Shown here: positions 9,414-19,343 of the stretch, piece after piece
How the letters are laid out: every line of letters starts with the position of its first letter
Numbering within the stretch: position 1 is the first letter of the stretch
NCBI GenBank assembly: GCA_934149075.1
Contig: CAKPDR010000001.1
Coordinates: forward strand, 1,916 to 65,915
Source: an uncultured Clostridia bacterium
GTDB taxonomy: Bacteria > Bacillota > Clostridia > TANB77 > CAG-508
Direction of reading: 5' to 3'
DNA length: 64,000 nt
Program-made: the position numbers and the translations under genes
The notes under the pieces: model-generated
The model's input: the letters and a program-made list of their open reading frames with translations, nothing else
Told to the model about the DNA's origin: nothing
Databases searched by the model: none

Positions 9414-10610
9414 TTAGTTCATATTTATATCAGTTAAATAATCTTCTAATCTATTCATTTGGGATAGTTTAACTTGTCCTAAAATATGAACATATATATC
9501 TGCTGTAGTGCTATAACTAGCATGACCTAATATTTCTTGTAATACTCTTAAATCAATTCCTGCTTCAATAGATCTTGTTGCAAAAGTATGTCTTAGTTCA
9601 TGTATTCCTACTTTTCTAAAATTGTTACTTTTACATATTCCCTGACAAGTTTTTCTTAAGTATTCAGATGTTATTGGATGATTATATTTCGTTTTAAATA
9701 TAAAATCATCATCTTTAAATCCTTCTCCTAATTCAGCAAGTTCTTCTTGCTCTGCTTGTACTTTTTTCTTGTATTCTTGTAAAATTCTTACTACTTTATC
9801 TAGCATTGGTACAACTCTATAACTATTTTCTGTTTTTACATCTGTAACCTTTCTTTCTCTTTTTACTTTATTAAAATCATCATCATAAGTTGTTATTTTT
9901 TGCATACCTCTTCTTACATATAGAGCTTTGTTTTCAAAATCAACATCTTTCCATGTTAGTCCACTTAATTCTCCTGCTCTAAGTCCAGTATTAACTAATA
10001 CTATATAAGCTGTTCCCATTCTATATTTTTTCATAAATCCTTCAAATACAAGTTGTTCTTCTTTTGTCATTATATTTAATTCTTTTCTTCTCATTGATGG
10101 CAATTTTAAATTTCTTGTTGGATTTAGTGATATATGCCTACACATAATTGCATCATCAAAACACATTTTTAAAATACTATAATAATGTCTTAAAGATTTA
10201 GGTGATTTACCTTCATTTTGTAAATCACTAATAAATTTTTGTAAATGATATAATTCTATTTTTTGTAATTGCATATTTCCTAAATGTTCTAATATTGTTT
10301 TAGATTTTTCAACATACCCCTGATAAGTTCTAGGTGATATATATGGCTTTTTATAAACTTTCATCCATTCTTTTAGCCATTCTTCCAAAGTTATATTTTT
10401 ATTTTCAATATAGTAATTGTCATCTCTCTTCTTCCTAAGCTCTTGCATTTTTTCTACAACTACTCGTTGGCTTTTATCATAGACTGAAACTTGTTTTCTT
10501 ACACCATTTACCTCAACTGTAATCCTCCCTTCATATCCATTACCTTTTTTTCTTATTGTGCCTTCTCCTTTTACTCTCCTTGTATTATCATTTTTTGTTC
10601 TTCTTCCCAT
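9414..10610 (-). CDS. int: tyrosine site-specific integrase
   Basis: 398 aa. It has a SAM-like N domain and a catalytic domain with the R..HxxR..Y residues (GIHELRHTFATRSIEAGIDLRVLQEILGHASYSTTADIYVH). Confidence 0.9.
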   Translation of the reverse strand: MGRRTKNDNTRRVKGEGTIRKKGNGYEGRITVEVNGVRKQVSVYDKSQRVVVEKMQELRKKRDDNYYIENKNITLEEWLKEWMKVYKKPYISPRTYQGYVEKSKTILEHLGNMQLQKIELYHLQKFISDLQNEGKSPKSLRHYYSILKMCFDDAIMCRHISLNPTRNLKLPSMRRKELNIMTKEEQLVFEGFMKKYRMGTAYIVLVNTGLRAGELSGLTWKDVDFENKALYVRRGMQKITTYDDDFNKVKRERKVTDVKTENSYRVVPMLDKVVRILQEYKKKVQAEQEELAELGEGFKDDDFIFKTKYNHPITSEYLRKTCQGICKSNNFRKVGIHELRHTFATRSIEAGIDLRVLQEILGHASYSTTADIYVHILGQVKLSQMNRLEDYLTDINMN

Positions 10611-10700
10611 ATTATTTCCTCCATAAAAATAGGATTCATAATATTAAGAAGTAAAATATACTACCAATATTATAAATCCTTATCTTCGTAAGTCCAAACC

Positions 10701-10886
10701 CTACACAATGATTCTTCCTGAATTTTTATTAAACCATTCAACCATCTGTGGTTTGTTTATTACAATTCTTCTTTCAAATTTAATACAAGGAAAATCTTTA
10801 AGTTTTGTTAATTCGGTCATTAATTGCTTACTAATTCCCAATATTTCTGATGCTTCTTTTATATTTATACCTATTTTTTCATCCAT
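10701..10886 (-). CDS. xis: excisionase/Xis-like small HTH DNA-binding protein
   Basis: 61 aa with an HTH, IKEASEILGISKQLMTELTK. It sits immediately upstream of int. Confidence 0.55.
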   Translation of the reverse strand: MDEKIGINIKEASEILGISKQLMTELTKLKDFPCIKFERRIVINKPQMVEWFNKNSGRIIV

Positions 10887-11098
10887 TTCACTAATCCACC
10901 TTTCGTTTTAATTTTTTCTGCTTTTTCTGTAGCCTCTCGTGGACTATATAATTTCATTGCAACATCAATTTCTGAATCAAGCATTTTTACATCAATATAG
11001 TTTGGTGTGCTTCCTAATATATCTAATGCTATAACTGCATAAGCCTTAGCCTGTTTCTTAGTTACTGTTTTTACATTATTTAATTTCATTTTAATCAA
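10871..11098 (-). CDS. hypothetical protein (75 aa)
   Basis: ORF that overlaps the xis-like start. Confidence 0.35.
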   Translation of the reverse strand: MIKMKLNNVKTVTKKQAKAYAVIALDILGSTPNYIDVKMLDSEIDVAMKLYSPREATEKAEKIKTKGGLVKWMKK

Positions 11099-11460
11099 AT
11101 CCTTTCACTTATAAACTTTTTTAATTAGTTACAAGTGAAATTGGTATCTTTCACATAGGTATTTAAACCTCTTCGTTATCCAACCAAGCAACTCCTCAAT
11201 ATAAATTAAGCCAAGCTGAAGTATCATTATTACTAATATAGATCTTCGCCAACACAAACTTACCATCGTTCGCTTTTTCCCTCATTATAGTCGCTATTTA
11301 TTTTTAATAACATTCGCCTTCTTGGAGCTCCTTATATTAGTTAAAGTCTTGTAACTAATATATTTACTTGTCAATGTGCTATCCGTTTTCTAAAAGAAAA
11401 CAAGTAAGAAAGATCATCTCCTCTCACTTGTTTTTTCAGTTAGCACATCACATTTTAGGG

Positions 11461-11961
11461 CTACTTATAAATTTTTTTTAATTTTTTTCTTAAATTTTCT
11501 AATCCTCTGTCTACACTCTCTTTTACTGTAGGAATAGAACGATTTTCTATTTTTGCTATTTTTGTATATGAAAATTCATCTACTATATACATATAAACTC
11601 GTCTATTTTGTGGTGTAGGTAATTTCCAAATTTCTTTTATTATTCTTTCTGATTCTAAATTTGAAATAGCTTGTTCTTCTAAACTAATTTCTTTATTTGT
11701 AGCTCTCTTATTCAATGAATTTTCTGTTAGTTCTGAATGTTCTATATACCTACTAAATTTAATATTTTGTGAATTTTCTTCACTTTTTCTTCTCTTATAT
11801 TCATTTCTTAATGTTTCATTTGCTCTAATAATTCTTGATTTTCCGTTTCCATCTTTAAATACAATAACATTTTTACTATCATCACTATTGCTAAAAACAA
11901 TATATGTATCTATTATCTCTCGCTTAATTTTTGAATGATTTTTCATTCTTCTTTCCTCCAT
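11461..11961 (-). CDS. sigma-70 region-4-like HTH regulator
   Basis: The C-terminus, RRVYMYIVDEFSYTKIAKIENRSIPTVKESVDRGLENLRKKL, resembles sigma-70 region 4 (ECF type). Confidence 0.5.
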   Translation of the reverse strand: MEERRMKNHSKIKREIIDTYIVFSNSDDSKNVIVFKDGNGKSRIIRANETLRNEYKRRKSEENSQNIKFSRYIEHSELTENSLNKRATNKEISLEEQAISNLESERIIKEIWKLPTPQNRRVYMYIVDEFSYTKIAKIENRSIPTVKESVDRGLENLRKKLKKIYK

Positions 11962-12530
11962 TCAATTCATTTTTGAATTGAATGTGAGGTGGAGATCTGC
12001 ATTTTACTAATCCATATAAAAACAAAAAGAGGTCAAATCTACCTTTACAGATAAATTCAACCTCTCGATTTCGTTTTTTTAACATTATTAATACACATTT
12101 GTCCAAATAACCTACACTCCTCTTTGTGTAGGCTGAGATTTATGTAATAATGCTCAAAACTACACTAACATATATCTCTTCTTTTTCATTTTTCCTTAGA
12201 TCATTTTTCTAAATTAGTGTAGTGTTTTATTGGATATTAAAATAATTGAAAAAAGCACACAAATAACTTATAAATGGTTAGTTGTGTGCTTAGTATATTT
12301 ATTTATATTGTTCAATTTATTTTGTGATATATCCATTTTCTCCCCCAACTCTTTATTACTTTTCCATCTTTGGTAGTTTAGGGATTTTTCTTTTGCTTTT
12401 ATGGATTCTATCACAATTTTTTTGCAAAGGTTGTCGAATTATGAGAAAAGGTGTAATTTATTGTATAAAATTTTATTTTTATACTTTTATATAATTTTGA
12501 TATTAAAAAAGTCTAGCCTTAAAAATAAAA

Positions 12531-12557
12531 ATAATAGGAACAGAATGCTCCTATTAT
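12531..12557 (-). terminator. terminator after the hsdM-S fusion gene
   Basis: aataggagc-attctg-ttcctatt followed by a U-rich tract on the minus strand. Confidence 0.5.
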
Positions 12558-14855
12558 TTATATTTTTGGCAATACTTTATCTAATCTCTCACTGATTCTT
12601 TTTTGTTCTTCTACTGGTGGTATTGGTATAAGCAAATTATTCAAACTTTTAGAATTTAAAGTATTCCCTTTTATTGCATTTTTTGTTTTACCATATTTAG
12701 CTAAAAATGGTAACGTTTTAAAAAGATAATCCCTTATTATTTTTTCTTCATCTATAAAAGGAAAAATAGATATAATTGCTTCATTATGAAGACACGGCTT
12801 ATCTAATATAGAAACTCTACCTATCGTTAATTTAAAACTCATTAATAAAGTTCCTGCTGGAGATAATTCTCCACCAAATTTTTTTTCAAACCCTTCTTTA
12901 CTGATTCCTTCTTTTGTAGTTGTAATATGCCCATTCTCAACCATATCCGCAATAGAAACCCAAGGATATTCAACACCCCAATATTGATTTTCGGCTCTGG
13001 GAGGAGTTTTACCAATTTTTAAATAAGCAATATCGCCTAATCTGCACCATCTCCAATTTTCAGGAATATCAAATAATTCATCTTCATCCAATATTTCTTC
13101 TATTTTTTCATTCTTTATTCTTTTATTTTTTATTAGTTCTTTTCTTTTATATCTAGAATTATTGAGTAAATCATCAACAGAACTATCGGATGATAATTGC
13201 TTAGTTATTTTTCCTTGTAAAGCTGCTTGTAATATTGAACTTCTTAAAGCTTCAGGAAATTCTTTGTCTAAATTTATACTTGTTTCATTTAGTTTTTTAA
13301 TATCTATCAAATCTATATTTTCATTACCCAAAACAAATCCTTTAAGATTATTTAATGCTAAATTCAACTTAACTTCAATTTTTTCTTTAGCTTTTAAATA
13401 ATTTGTTAAAGTTTCTTCAGGTGATAGTATTATTTTTTCTTCATCTGGAAATTTACAATAGTCTAAACTATATCTATTTTCTCTAATTTCTTCAATTGAT
13501 ACTTTTCTTGATTTCCAAGTTTCAGTCATAGATTCATCTTCTTTTATATCTTTAATCTCACCTCTATTATCCCACCACTCATCAATTTCTTTAAACTTTT
13601 CTCTAGTCATAGGATTTTTAGTTAAACTAAATTTAATTCCACCAGGCAAGTCAAATCTATAGAACCACACATTTTCTGTCTTTCCTTTATTATCAAAAAA
13701 TAATAAATTTGTAGCTATCTGGGTATATGGAGCAAAACAACTTCCTGGCATTCTAATAATTGTATGTAAATTAAACTCTTCAAGTAACTTTTTCTTTATC
13801 GCTATTTGTCCATTTTCATCTCCAAATAACAAGCTATCTGGTAATACAATTCCACATCTACCATTTTTCTTTAGCCTATACATTATCTCAATCATAAATA
13901 AATCCGCTGTTTCTGAAGTGCTAAGATCTGACGGAAAGTTTTTTTGAACAATATTTAATTCTGATCCACCATATGGAGGATTCATTAGTATTACATCAAA
14001 TTTTTCCTCTTCTGTGTATCTTCTGACATCTCTTTCTAAGGAATTTCCGTGTACAATATCAGGGACTTCAATATCATTTAACAACATATTAGTTACACAT
14101 AACATATATGGTAATTTCTTTTTTTCGACACCATAAAAAGAATGTTGCATTTGTTCCATTTGCTCTACAGTAGGATTTTGCTTTTTCATAAAATTTAATG
14201 CATCTACTAAAAAACCTCCTGTCCCACAAGCAAAATCAGCTACTTTTTCGCCTATCATAGGTTTTACTTTATCAACAATTAAACTAGTTATTGCTCTTCC
14301 AGTATAAAATTCTCCATCGTCTTTCTGCAGTCCTTTTAAAAGTTGTTCATAAATATCATTAAAGGCATGTCTTTCGTTATAATCAGAAAAATCTATTTCA
14401 TCAAATTCATTTATGAGTTGTCTTAATAAAACACCATTTTGCATAAAATTACTAGATGATTTGATAAATTCTTTAACCAACATTGCTATGTCACTTTCAT
14501 TTTGAAATAGATATATATCTTTTGAATTTTCTTTTATAGGTTCTCCTGCTAAAACCTTAAATAATTTATTATTAACAAAATCTATTAATTCTTCTCCAGT
14601 TAATTGTTCTTTATATGAAGATGATGTTGCCCAATCTCTCCATCTATATCCTATTGGTAAAATAGGCTCATAATTTGGATTCGTTATTTCCCATTCTTGT
14701 TCTTTGTAATCAAATATTTTTAAAAATAAAATCCAAACTATTTGTGATAATCTCTGTTCATTTCCCCCAACACCAGCATCATCTCTCATAATATCTTTCA
14801 TTCTTTTTAGTAATGATGATATTGCCATTTTAATTTTCCTCCTTATATAGTTCAA
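12558..14855 (-). CDS. hsdM: type I restriction-modification methyltransferase fused to a single HsdS target-recognition domain (HsdM-S fusion)
   Basis: 765 aa. The N-terminal HsdM has motif I VADFACGTGGFL and motif IV NPPYG. The C-terminal roughly 190 aa is a typical HsdS target-recognition domain with the conserved C-terminal helix (PENWRWCRLGDIAYLKIGKTP...LIPIPPVEEQKRISERLDKV). Confidence 0.8.
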   Translation of the reverse strand: MNYIRRKIKMAISSLLKRMKDIMRDDAGVGGNEQRLSQIVWILFLKIFDYKEQEWEITNPNYEPILPIGYRWRDWATSSSYKEQLTGEELIDFVNNKLFKVLAGEPIKENSKDIYLFQNESDIAMLVKEFIKSSSNFMQNGVLLRQLINEFDEIDFSDYNERHAFNDIYEQLLKGLQKDDGEFYTGRAITSLIVDKVKPMIGEKVADFACGTGGFLVDALNFMKKQNPTVEQMEQMQHSFYGVEKKKLPYMLCVTNMLLNDIEVPDIVHGNSLERDVRRYTEEEKFDVILMNPPYGGSELNIVQKNFPSDLSTSETADLFMIEIMYRLKKNGRCGIVLPDSLLFGDENGQIAIKKKLLEEFNLHTIIRMPGSCFAPYTQIATNLLFFDNKGKTENVWFYRFDLPGGIKFSLTKNPMTREKFKEIDEWWDNRGEIKDIKEDESMTETWKSRKVSIEEIRENRYSLDYCKFPDEEKIILSPEETLTNYLKAKEKIEVKLNLALNNLKGFVLGNENIDLIDIKKLNETSINLDKEFPEALRSSILQAALQGKITKQLSSDSSVDDLLNNSRYKRKELIKNKRIKNEKIEEILDEDELFDIPENWRWCRLGDIAYLKIGKTPPRAENQYWGVEYPWVSIADMVENGHITTTKEGISKEGFEKKFGGELSPAGTLLMSFKLTIGRVSILDKPCLHNEAIISIFPFIDEEKIIRDYLFKTLPFLAKYGKTKNAIKGNTLNSKSLNNLLIPIPPVEEQKRISERLDKVLPKI

Positions 14856-17217
14856 TTTCTATTTGCTTCATTATCCTTATATAATTATCTAAATCATCAT
14901 CAAATATTTCTTTTTTTACTTTTAATGCTGTATAACCCATATCTTGAATTACTGGTAAATTAAATATTTGTGGTTTTAATAATTGTGAATAGTCCTGTTT
15001 TATATATTCGTTTAAAATTGCCGTAATAATTTCTTTTTTATTTTCTTCTAAATTATTATAAACTTTTGACTTATATACCTTTTCAAGTCTTTCCTCTTTT
15101 GATAACGGTGGAATCTTGTATCCTAAAAGACTAATCACATCAAATTTGTCTATATTGTATCCTAATTGCAATTTCATTTTATTTATAAATTCTGCAGATA
15201 ATAATAATGTTCTTGTGAATTCATCTTTATCCGATGCCTTCATAAAAGATAAATAAAAATCATTAAATTTAGGATATTGATCTAATATATTGTTTTTTAC
15301 ACAGTTATCAATATTCTCTCTTACTAGTTGTCCATTTTCATCTCTATATTGCACTATTTCATTTTCAATTTTAACTTCTTTTCCTTTTATATATGCTTTT
15401 TCAAAATGTCTTTTTTCTATTTTTGTTTGATTCGTTAAGTTTTGAGAAATTCCTTTTGGAAATCTATCTTTTTCATCTATATTCATAACAGCAACTGCAT
15501 CTCCATCAAATTCAGGATCTTCAAATTTAGTATAATTCTTTCTAAAATCTAAAATTGTAAAATGCAATTTGCTTTTCTTTTCATCATCTATAACAAAATT
15601 TTCATTTATTCTAGTTCCCCTACCTATTGTTTGCTTAAATTCAGTCATAGAACCTATCGTTTTATCTAATACTATTATTTCACAAGTTTCACTATCAACT
15701 CCTGTTGACATCAACTTACTTGTTACTGCAATAACTGGATATTTTGTATTTGGATCTGTAAAATTTTCTAATTCAGCTTTTCCGATTTCATCATCTCCAG
15801 TTATTTTCATAATATATTTCGGATTTTCTGCTACTAAATCTGAATTTAAATTTTTCAATTTTAAAACCATTGCATCAACATGTTCTATATTTTCGCAAAA
15901 TACAATAGTTTTCGCATATCTGCAATTATTTTCTTTCATATACTCTGTGATTCTTTTAGCAACAATTTCTCGTCTTGAATCGATTGCAATAGTTCTATCA
16001 AATTCTTTTTGTTCATAAACTCTATTTTCTAATGGCTGACCATAGATATCTTTTTCATCTATTGAAGGTTTATAACCGTTTTTATCAATATCAAGCTCAA
16101 TTGAAATTACTCTATACGGAGCCAAAAATCCATCTTCAATACCTTGTTTAAGCGAATATGTATATAGCGGTTTGCCATCAGTTTCTGCACAAAAATACCC
16201 TATATTTGAGACATCTTCAGTTTCTTTAGGTGTCGCAGTAAGTCCTAATTGAGTTGCACTGCTAAAATATTCTAATATTTCATGCCAATTCGAATCTTCA
16301 GATGCTGAGCCTCTATGACATTCATCAACAATTATCATGTCAAAAAAATCTGGTGGTAATTCTTTATAAAAATCCTTTTCACTTGATTTTAGTTGTTGAT
16401 ATAATGCTGTATAAATTTCATACGCAGTATCTTTTTTTATTCTATCACTTTTTATTTTAACCATAACTCCTGCTTCAACGAATGGTTTAAAATCTTTTTG
16501 CATAGTTTGATCTGCTAATACATTTCTATCAACTAAATATAAAATTTTCTTTTTGGTTTTTGATTTCCATAATCTCCATACAATTTGAAAAGCAGTAAAT
16601 GTTTTTCCTGTTCCAGTTGCCATTACTAGCAACAATCTATTTTTTCCTTGCGCTATTGCTTCAATCACTCTATTAATAGCAATTCTTTGATAATAACGAG
16701 GTTTTTTAGGATTATCTCTTGTAGTATTTTCATAATAAGGTTGGTTTATTATATTTATTTCTTCCTCTGTCAATTCTTTTTCTTGTATATATCTATTCCA
16801 TAATTCTTCAGCATATGGAAAATTATTAATATTCATAATTTTATTATTACCTGAAATCATATCTTGTTCAATCAAATCTTTTCCATTGGTAGCATATGCA
16901 AACGGAATATCTAGTATATTAGCATATTCAATCACTTGTTGATAACCTTCCATTGCTGAATGTTCAATTCCTTTTGCTTCAACAAGAGCCAAAGGAATAT
17001 TATTATGATAAAGTAACAAATAATCAGCTTTTTTAGGTTCTCCTCGATATACTTGTTCTCCATTTATATTAACTCTTCCCTTTGTAAAGTAATATTCCAT
17101 TATAATATTTTCTGAATTATTTTTCCATCTTTCTTCAATGATAGGTGTTATATATTTTCTTTTTGTATTTTCTTCATTTTTTAATTGTTCTTCTAAATCT
17201 TTCCCTTCAAATTCCAT
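14830..17217 (-). CDS. hsdR: type I restriction endonuclease R subunit
   Basis: 795 aa. The HsdR_N PD-(D/E)xK region is KKADYLLLYHNNIPLALVEAKG. The SF2 helicase motifs are I MATGTGKT, II VDECHRG, III GLTATP and VI QTIGRGTRI. Confidence 0.85.
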   Translation of the reverse strand: MEFEGKDLEEQLKNEENTKRKYITPIIEERWKNNSENIIMEYYFTKGRVNINGEQVYRGEPKKADYLLLYHNNIPLALVEAKGIEHSAMEGYQQVIEYANILDIPFAYATNGKDLIEQDMISGNNKIMNINNFPYAEELWNRYIQEKELTEEEINIINQPYYENTTRDNPKKPRYYQRIAINRVIEAIAQGKNRLLLVMATGTGKTFTAFQIVWRLWKSKTKKKILYLVDRNVLADQTMQKDFKPFVEAGVMVKIKSDRIKKDTAYEIYTALYQQLKSSEKDFYKELPPDFFDMIIVDECHRGSASEDSNWHEILEYFSSATQLGLTATPKETEDVSNIGYFCAETDGKPLYTYSLKQGIEDGFLAPYRVISIELDIDKNGYKPSIDEKDIYGQPLENRVYEQKEFDRTIAIDSRREIVAKRITEYMKENNCRYAKTIVFCENIEHVDAMVLKLKNLNSDLVAENPKYIMKITGDDEIGKAELENFTDPNTKYPVIAVTSKLMSTGVDSETCEIIVLDKTIGSMTEFKQTIGRGTRINENFVIDDEKKSKLHFTILDFRKNYTKFEDPEFDGDAVAVMNIDEKDRFPKGISQNLTNQTKIEKRHFEKAYIKGKEVKIENEIVQYRDENGQLVRENIDNCVKNNILDQYPKFNDFYLSFMKASDKDEFTRTLLLSAEFINKMKLQLGYNIDKFDVISLLGYKIPPLSKEERLEKVYKSKVYNNLEENKKEIITAILNEYIKQDYSQLLKPQIFNLPVIQDMGYTALKVKKEIFDDDLDNYIRIMKQIEIELYKEEN

Positions 17218-17325
17218 TAAAATTCCCCCAATAACAAATTATAAAGATTCTATTTTATTTTATACCATAAAACGACTTTTTTCTCAATAATTACACAGAA
17301 ATTTAGTAAAAAAATACCAGTAATT

Positions 17326-17943
17326 TTACTTGTATGAATAATATTGTCTAGGAATCCTCGTATAGTCTTTATTATAATTTATTATTTTTATCTTTTTTAT
17401 TTTTTCAATATATAATTTATTAAATTGATTTAACTCATCTTTATTTTCTAATTCAATTCTATTAATCTCCTTTTCTATTTTATCAAATAATTTATTCAAT
17501 TCATAAATAACATAAGTTAATTCCATTGTATCTAAAGAAACTAACTCGTTTCTGCAATAAAATCCCATAGCACTAAAAGAAGAATGACCTGTTGAAAAAG
17601 CCCCATTTACATTGTGAGGTTCATGTTCATATTTATTTCTAATTCTTTTTATTTTAATAAAAGTTTTAGAATTTTCTTGCAATATTTTTTCCAAATCGAC
17701 TTCTAAAAAACTAATATAATCTTTTAATAAGCAAATGCCATCTTTTAAATTTAAAAATATGCTATTATCTTTTTTATTTTCTGTAAAAGGAATCAATCTT
17801 AATAATTCTGTAGAAAGATAAAAAAAATGTTCTTCAATTTCTTCATATTCCATAGTTTTTATCAGAAACTTAAATTGATTATTTATTCTATCTAAAATGA
17901 TAAAATATTTGTATATACTATTTATCCAATCAAATTTTTCCAT
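17326..17943 (-). CDS. hypothetical protein (205 aa) upstream of hsdR
   Basis: ORF with no recognisable motif and a possible abortive-infection-like architecture. This is speculative. Confidence 0.4.
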   Translation of the reverse strand: MEKFDWINSIYKYFIILDRINNQFKFLIKTMEYEEIEEHFFYLSTELLRLIPFTENKKDNSIFLNLKDGICLLKDYISFLEVDLEKILQENSKTFIKIKRIRNKYEHEPHNVNGAFSTGHSSFSAMGFYCRNELVSLDTMELTYVIYELNKLFDKIEKEINRIELENKDELNQFNKLYIEKIKKIKIINYNKDYTRIPRQYYSYK

Positions 17944-18140
17944 ATATTCTCCTATAATAAATTTATTTTTAATTATTTATAACACAAAATCCCTATTTTC
18001 TCAATATTTCATCACTTCAAAAAATTAAAATACCAGTACAAAATTATACTGGTACTACTCTTTTTTCTAATTTCACAAAATTACTTTTCACGATAAAAAT
18101 TCAATATCTAAATGTTCCCCATTCATTTAGCTAACTATGA

Positions 18141-18392
18141 CTACTTATTATTTGCATATAGCTTATCAAATGCAATTTTTTCTTGTTGTTCCATATATTC
18201 ATCAATGCTCTTTTTTCTAAGTAAAACTCTGCCGCCTACTCTAAAGTGTGGGATCTCGTTTCTTCTTATCATTTGACATACTAGCCAATATGAAACTCCT
18301 AAATATTTTGCAGTTTCTTCAATTGTTAAAGTAGTCCTCTCAATCTTTTCGTAACCCTCTAAATTTGGCACATTTTCACCTCCCATATACAA
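18141..18392 (-). CDS. excisionase-family/MerR-like HTH protein
   Basis: 83 aa with an HTH, IEETAKYLGVSYWLVCQMIRRNEIPHFRVGGRVLLRKKSIDEY. Confidence 0.6.
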   Translation of the reverse strand: MYMGGENVPNLEGYEKIERTTLTIEETAKYLGVSYWLVCQMIRRNEIPHFRVGGRVLLRKKSIDEYMEQQEKIAFDKLYANNK

Positions 18393-18438
18393 TTATATAA
18401 GAATAGTTCCATATATCCAAACCTTTTACCTAAAATAC

Positions 18439-18738
18439 TTAAATATTCCAACAAACTCTATCATTATCATTTTGAATATTACATAGACTTTTTATTTTTT
18501 CTTTTAAATACTTACCATTTTCACTAGATAATCTATTATTAACAATAGCAACATTTATTATTAAGCAAATATGATTAAATTCTTCATTTTCAGCAATGTC
18601 ATGAATAATATATTCAGGAATTTCAAAGTTTATATGCTTTTGTAAATCATTTTTTATTTTATCTATCTTTTCAATATGTTTCTTTATAATTTCAAATTTT
18701 TCTTCAGTTATTGAATAATCTTTATTATTTTTTCTCAT
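18439..18738 (-). CDS. hypothetical protein (99 aa)
   Basis: ORF divergent from the XRE gene. Confidence 0.4.
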   Translation of the reverse strand: MRKNNKDYSITEEKFEIIKKHIEKIDKIKNDLQKHINFEIPEYIIHDIAENEEFNHICLIINVAIVNNRLSSENGKYLKEKIKSLCNIQNDNDRVCWNI

Positions 18739-18799
18739 ATTACTTTTACTCCTCCCTCTTCTAGTATTATAGCATATTTGCTCATTAAAATGAATATTC

Positions 18800-18850
18800 T
18801 TTTGATATTTTGCTCATTTTGATGAGCATGTTTTGATTTATATTTTGCTA
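18800..18850. promoter_or_regulatory. operator region with direct and inverted repeats between divergent regulatory genes
   Basis: Direct repeats tttgatattttgct and tttgatttatattttgct, plus the palindrome gctcattttgatgagc at 18812-18827, lie just upstream of the XRE gene RBS. Confidence 0.45.
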
Positions 18851-18858
18851 AAATTATT

Positions 18859-19137
18859 TTGAAAGGAGCCAATATTATGGATTTTTCAGATTTAGTAGCC
18901 TTAAAAATCAAGGAGTTAATGAAAGAAAAAAATATAAATTCAAATCAGCTTTCTAAATTAACTGGAATTTATAGTTCTACTATTGCAATGTTTTTAACTA
19001 GAAAAAACAGAACTATTAGATTAGAAAATTTATTATATATTTGTGATGCTTTAGGAATTAAATTATCAGAATTCTTTTCAGATGAAAGATTTGACGAAGC
19101 CGAAGCAAATGAATGGAGAAAAAAGCCTGAACAATAA
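18859..19137 (+). CDS. XRE-family HTH transcriptional regulator. The likely start is the ATG at 18877
   Basis: Cro/C1-type HTH: INSNQLSKLTGIYSSTIAMFLTRKNRTIRLENLLYICDALG. Confidence 0.75.
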   Translation: MKGANIMDFSDLVALKIKELMKEKNINSNQLSKLTGIYSSTIAMFLTRKNRTIRLENLLYICDALGIKLSEFFSDERFDEAEANEWRKKPEQ

Positions 19138-19178
19138 AAGATGTATATTATTAATTATTTAATATACATCTTTTATTG
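19138..19178. terminator. bidirectional terminator hairpin
   Basis: aagatgtatatta-ttaattatt-taatatacatctt, with T-runs on both sides. It sits between the convergent XRE and adhesin genes. Confidence 0.6.
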
Positions 19179-19343
19179 TATCAGGATTTTAATAATAATT
19201 TTAGGACAAAAAAAATAGAGGTACAGAATTTTTAATATTCCATACCTCAAACATTTAGTAAATAAAATAATAATTCAATATAAATATATGAACTCTAAAT
19301 TATTATTTTCTCCATTATATAGTTTTTTCTCTAAATATCAATA

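Noticed and set aside
11924-12106. Track ORFs 11924..12106 (60 aa) and 12401..12595 (64 aa)
   Set aside because: They overlap or flank a regulatory spacer and are Leu/Phe/Ile-rich without start context. They are probably non-coding.
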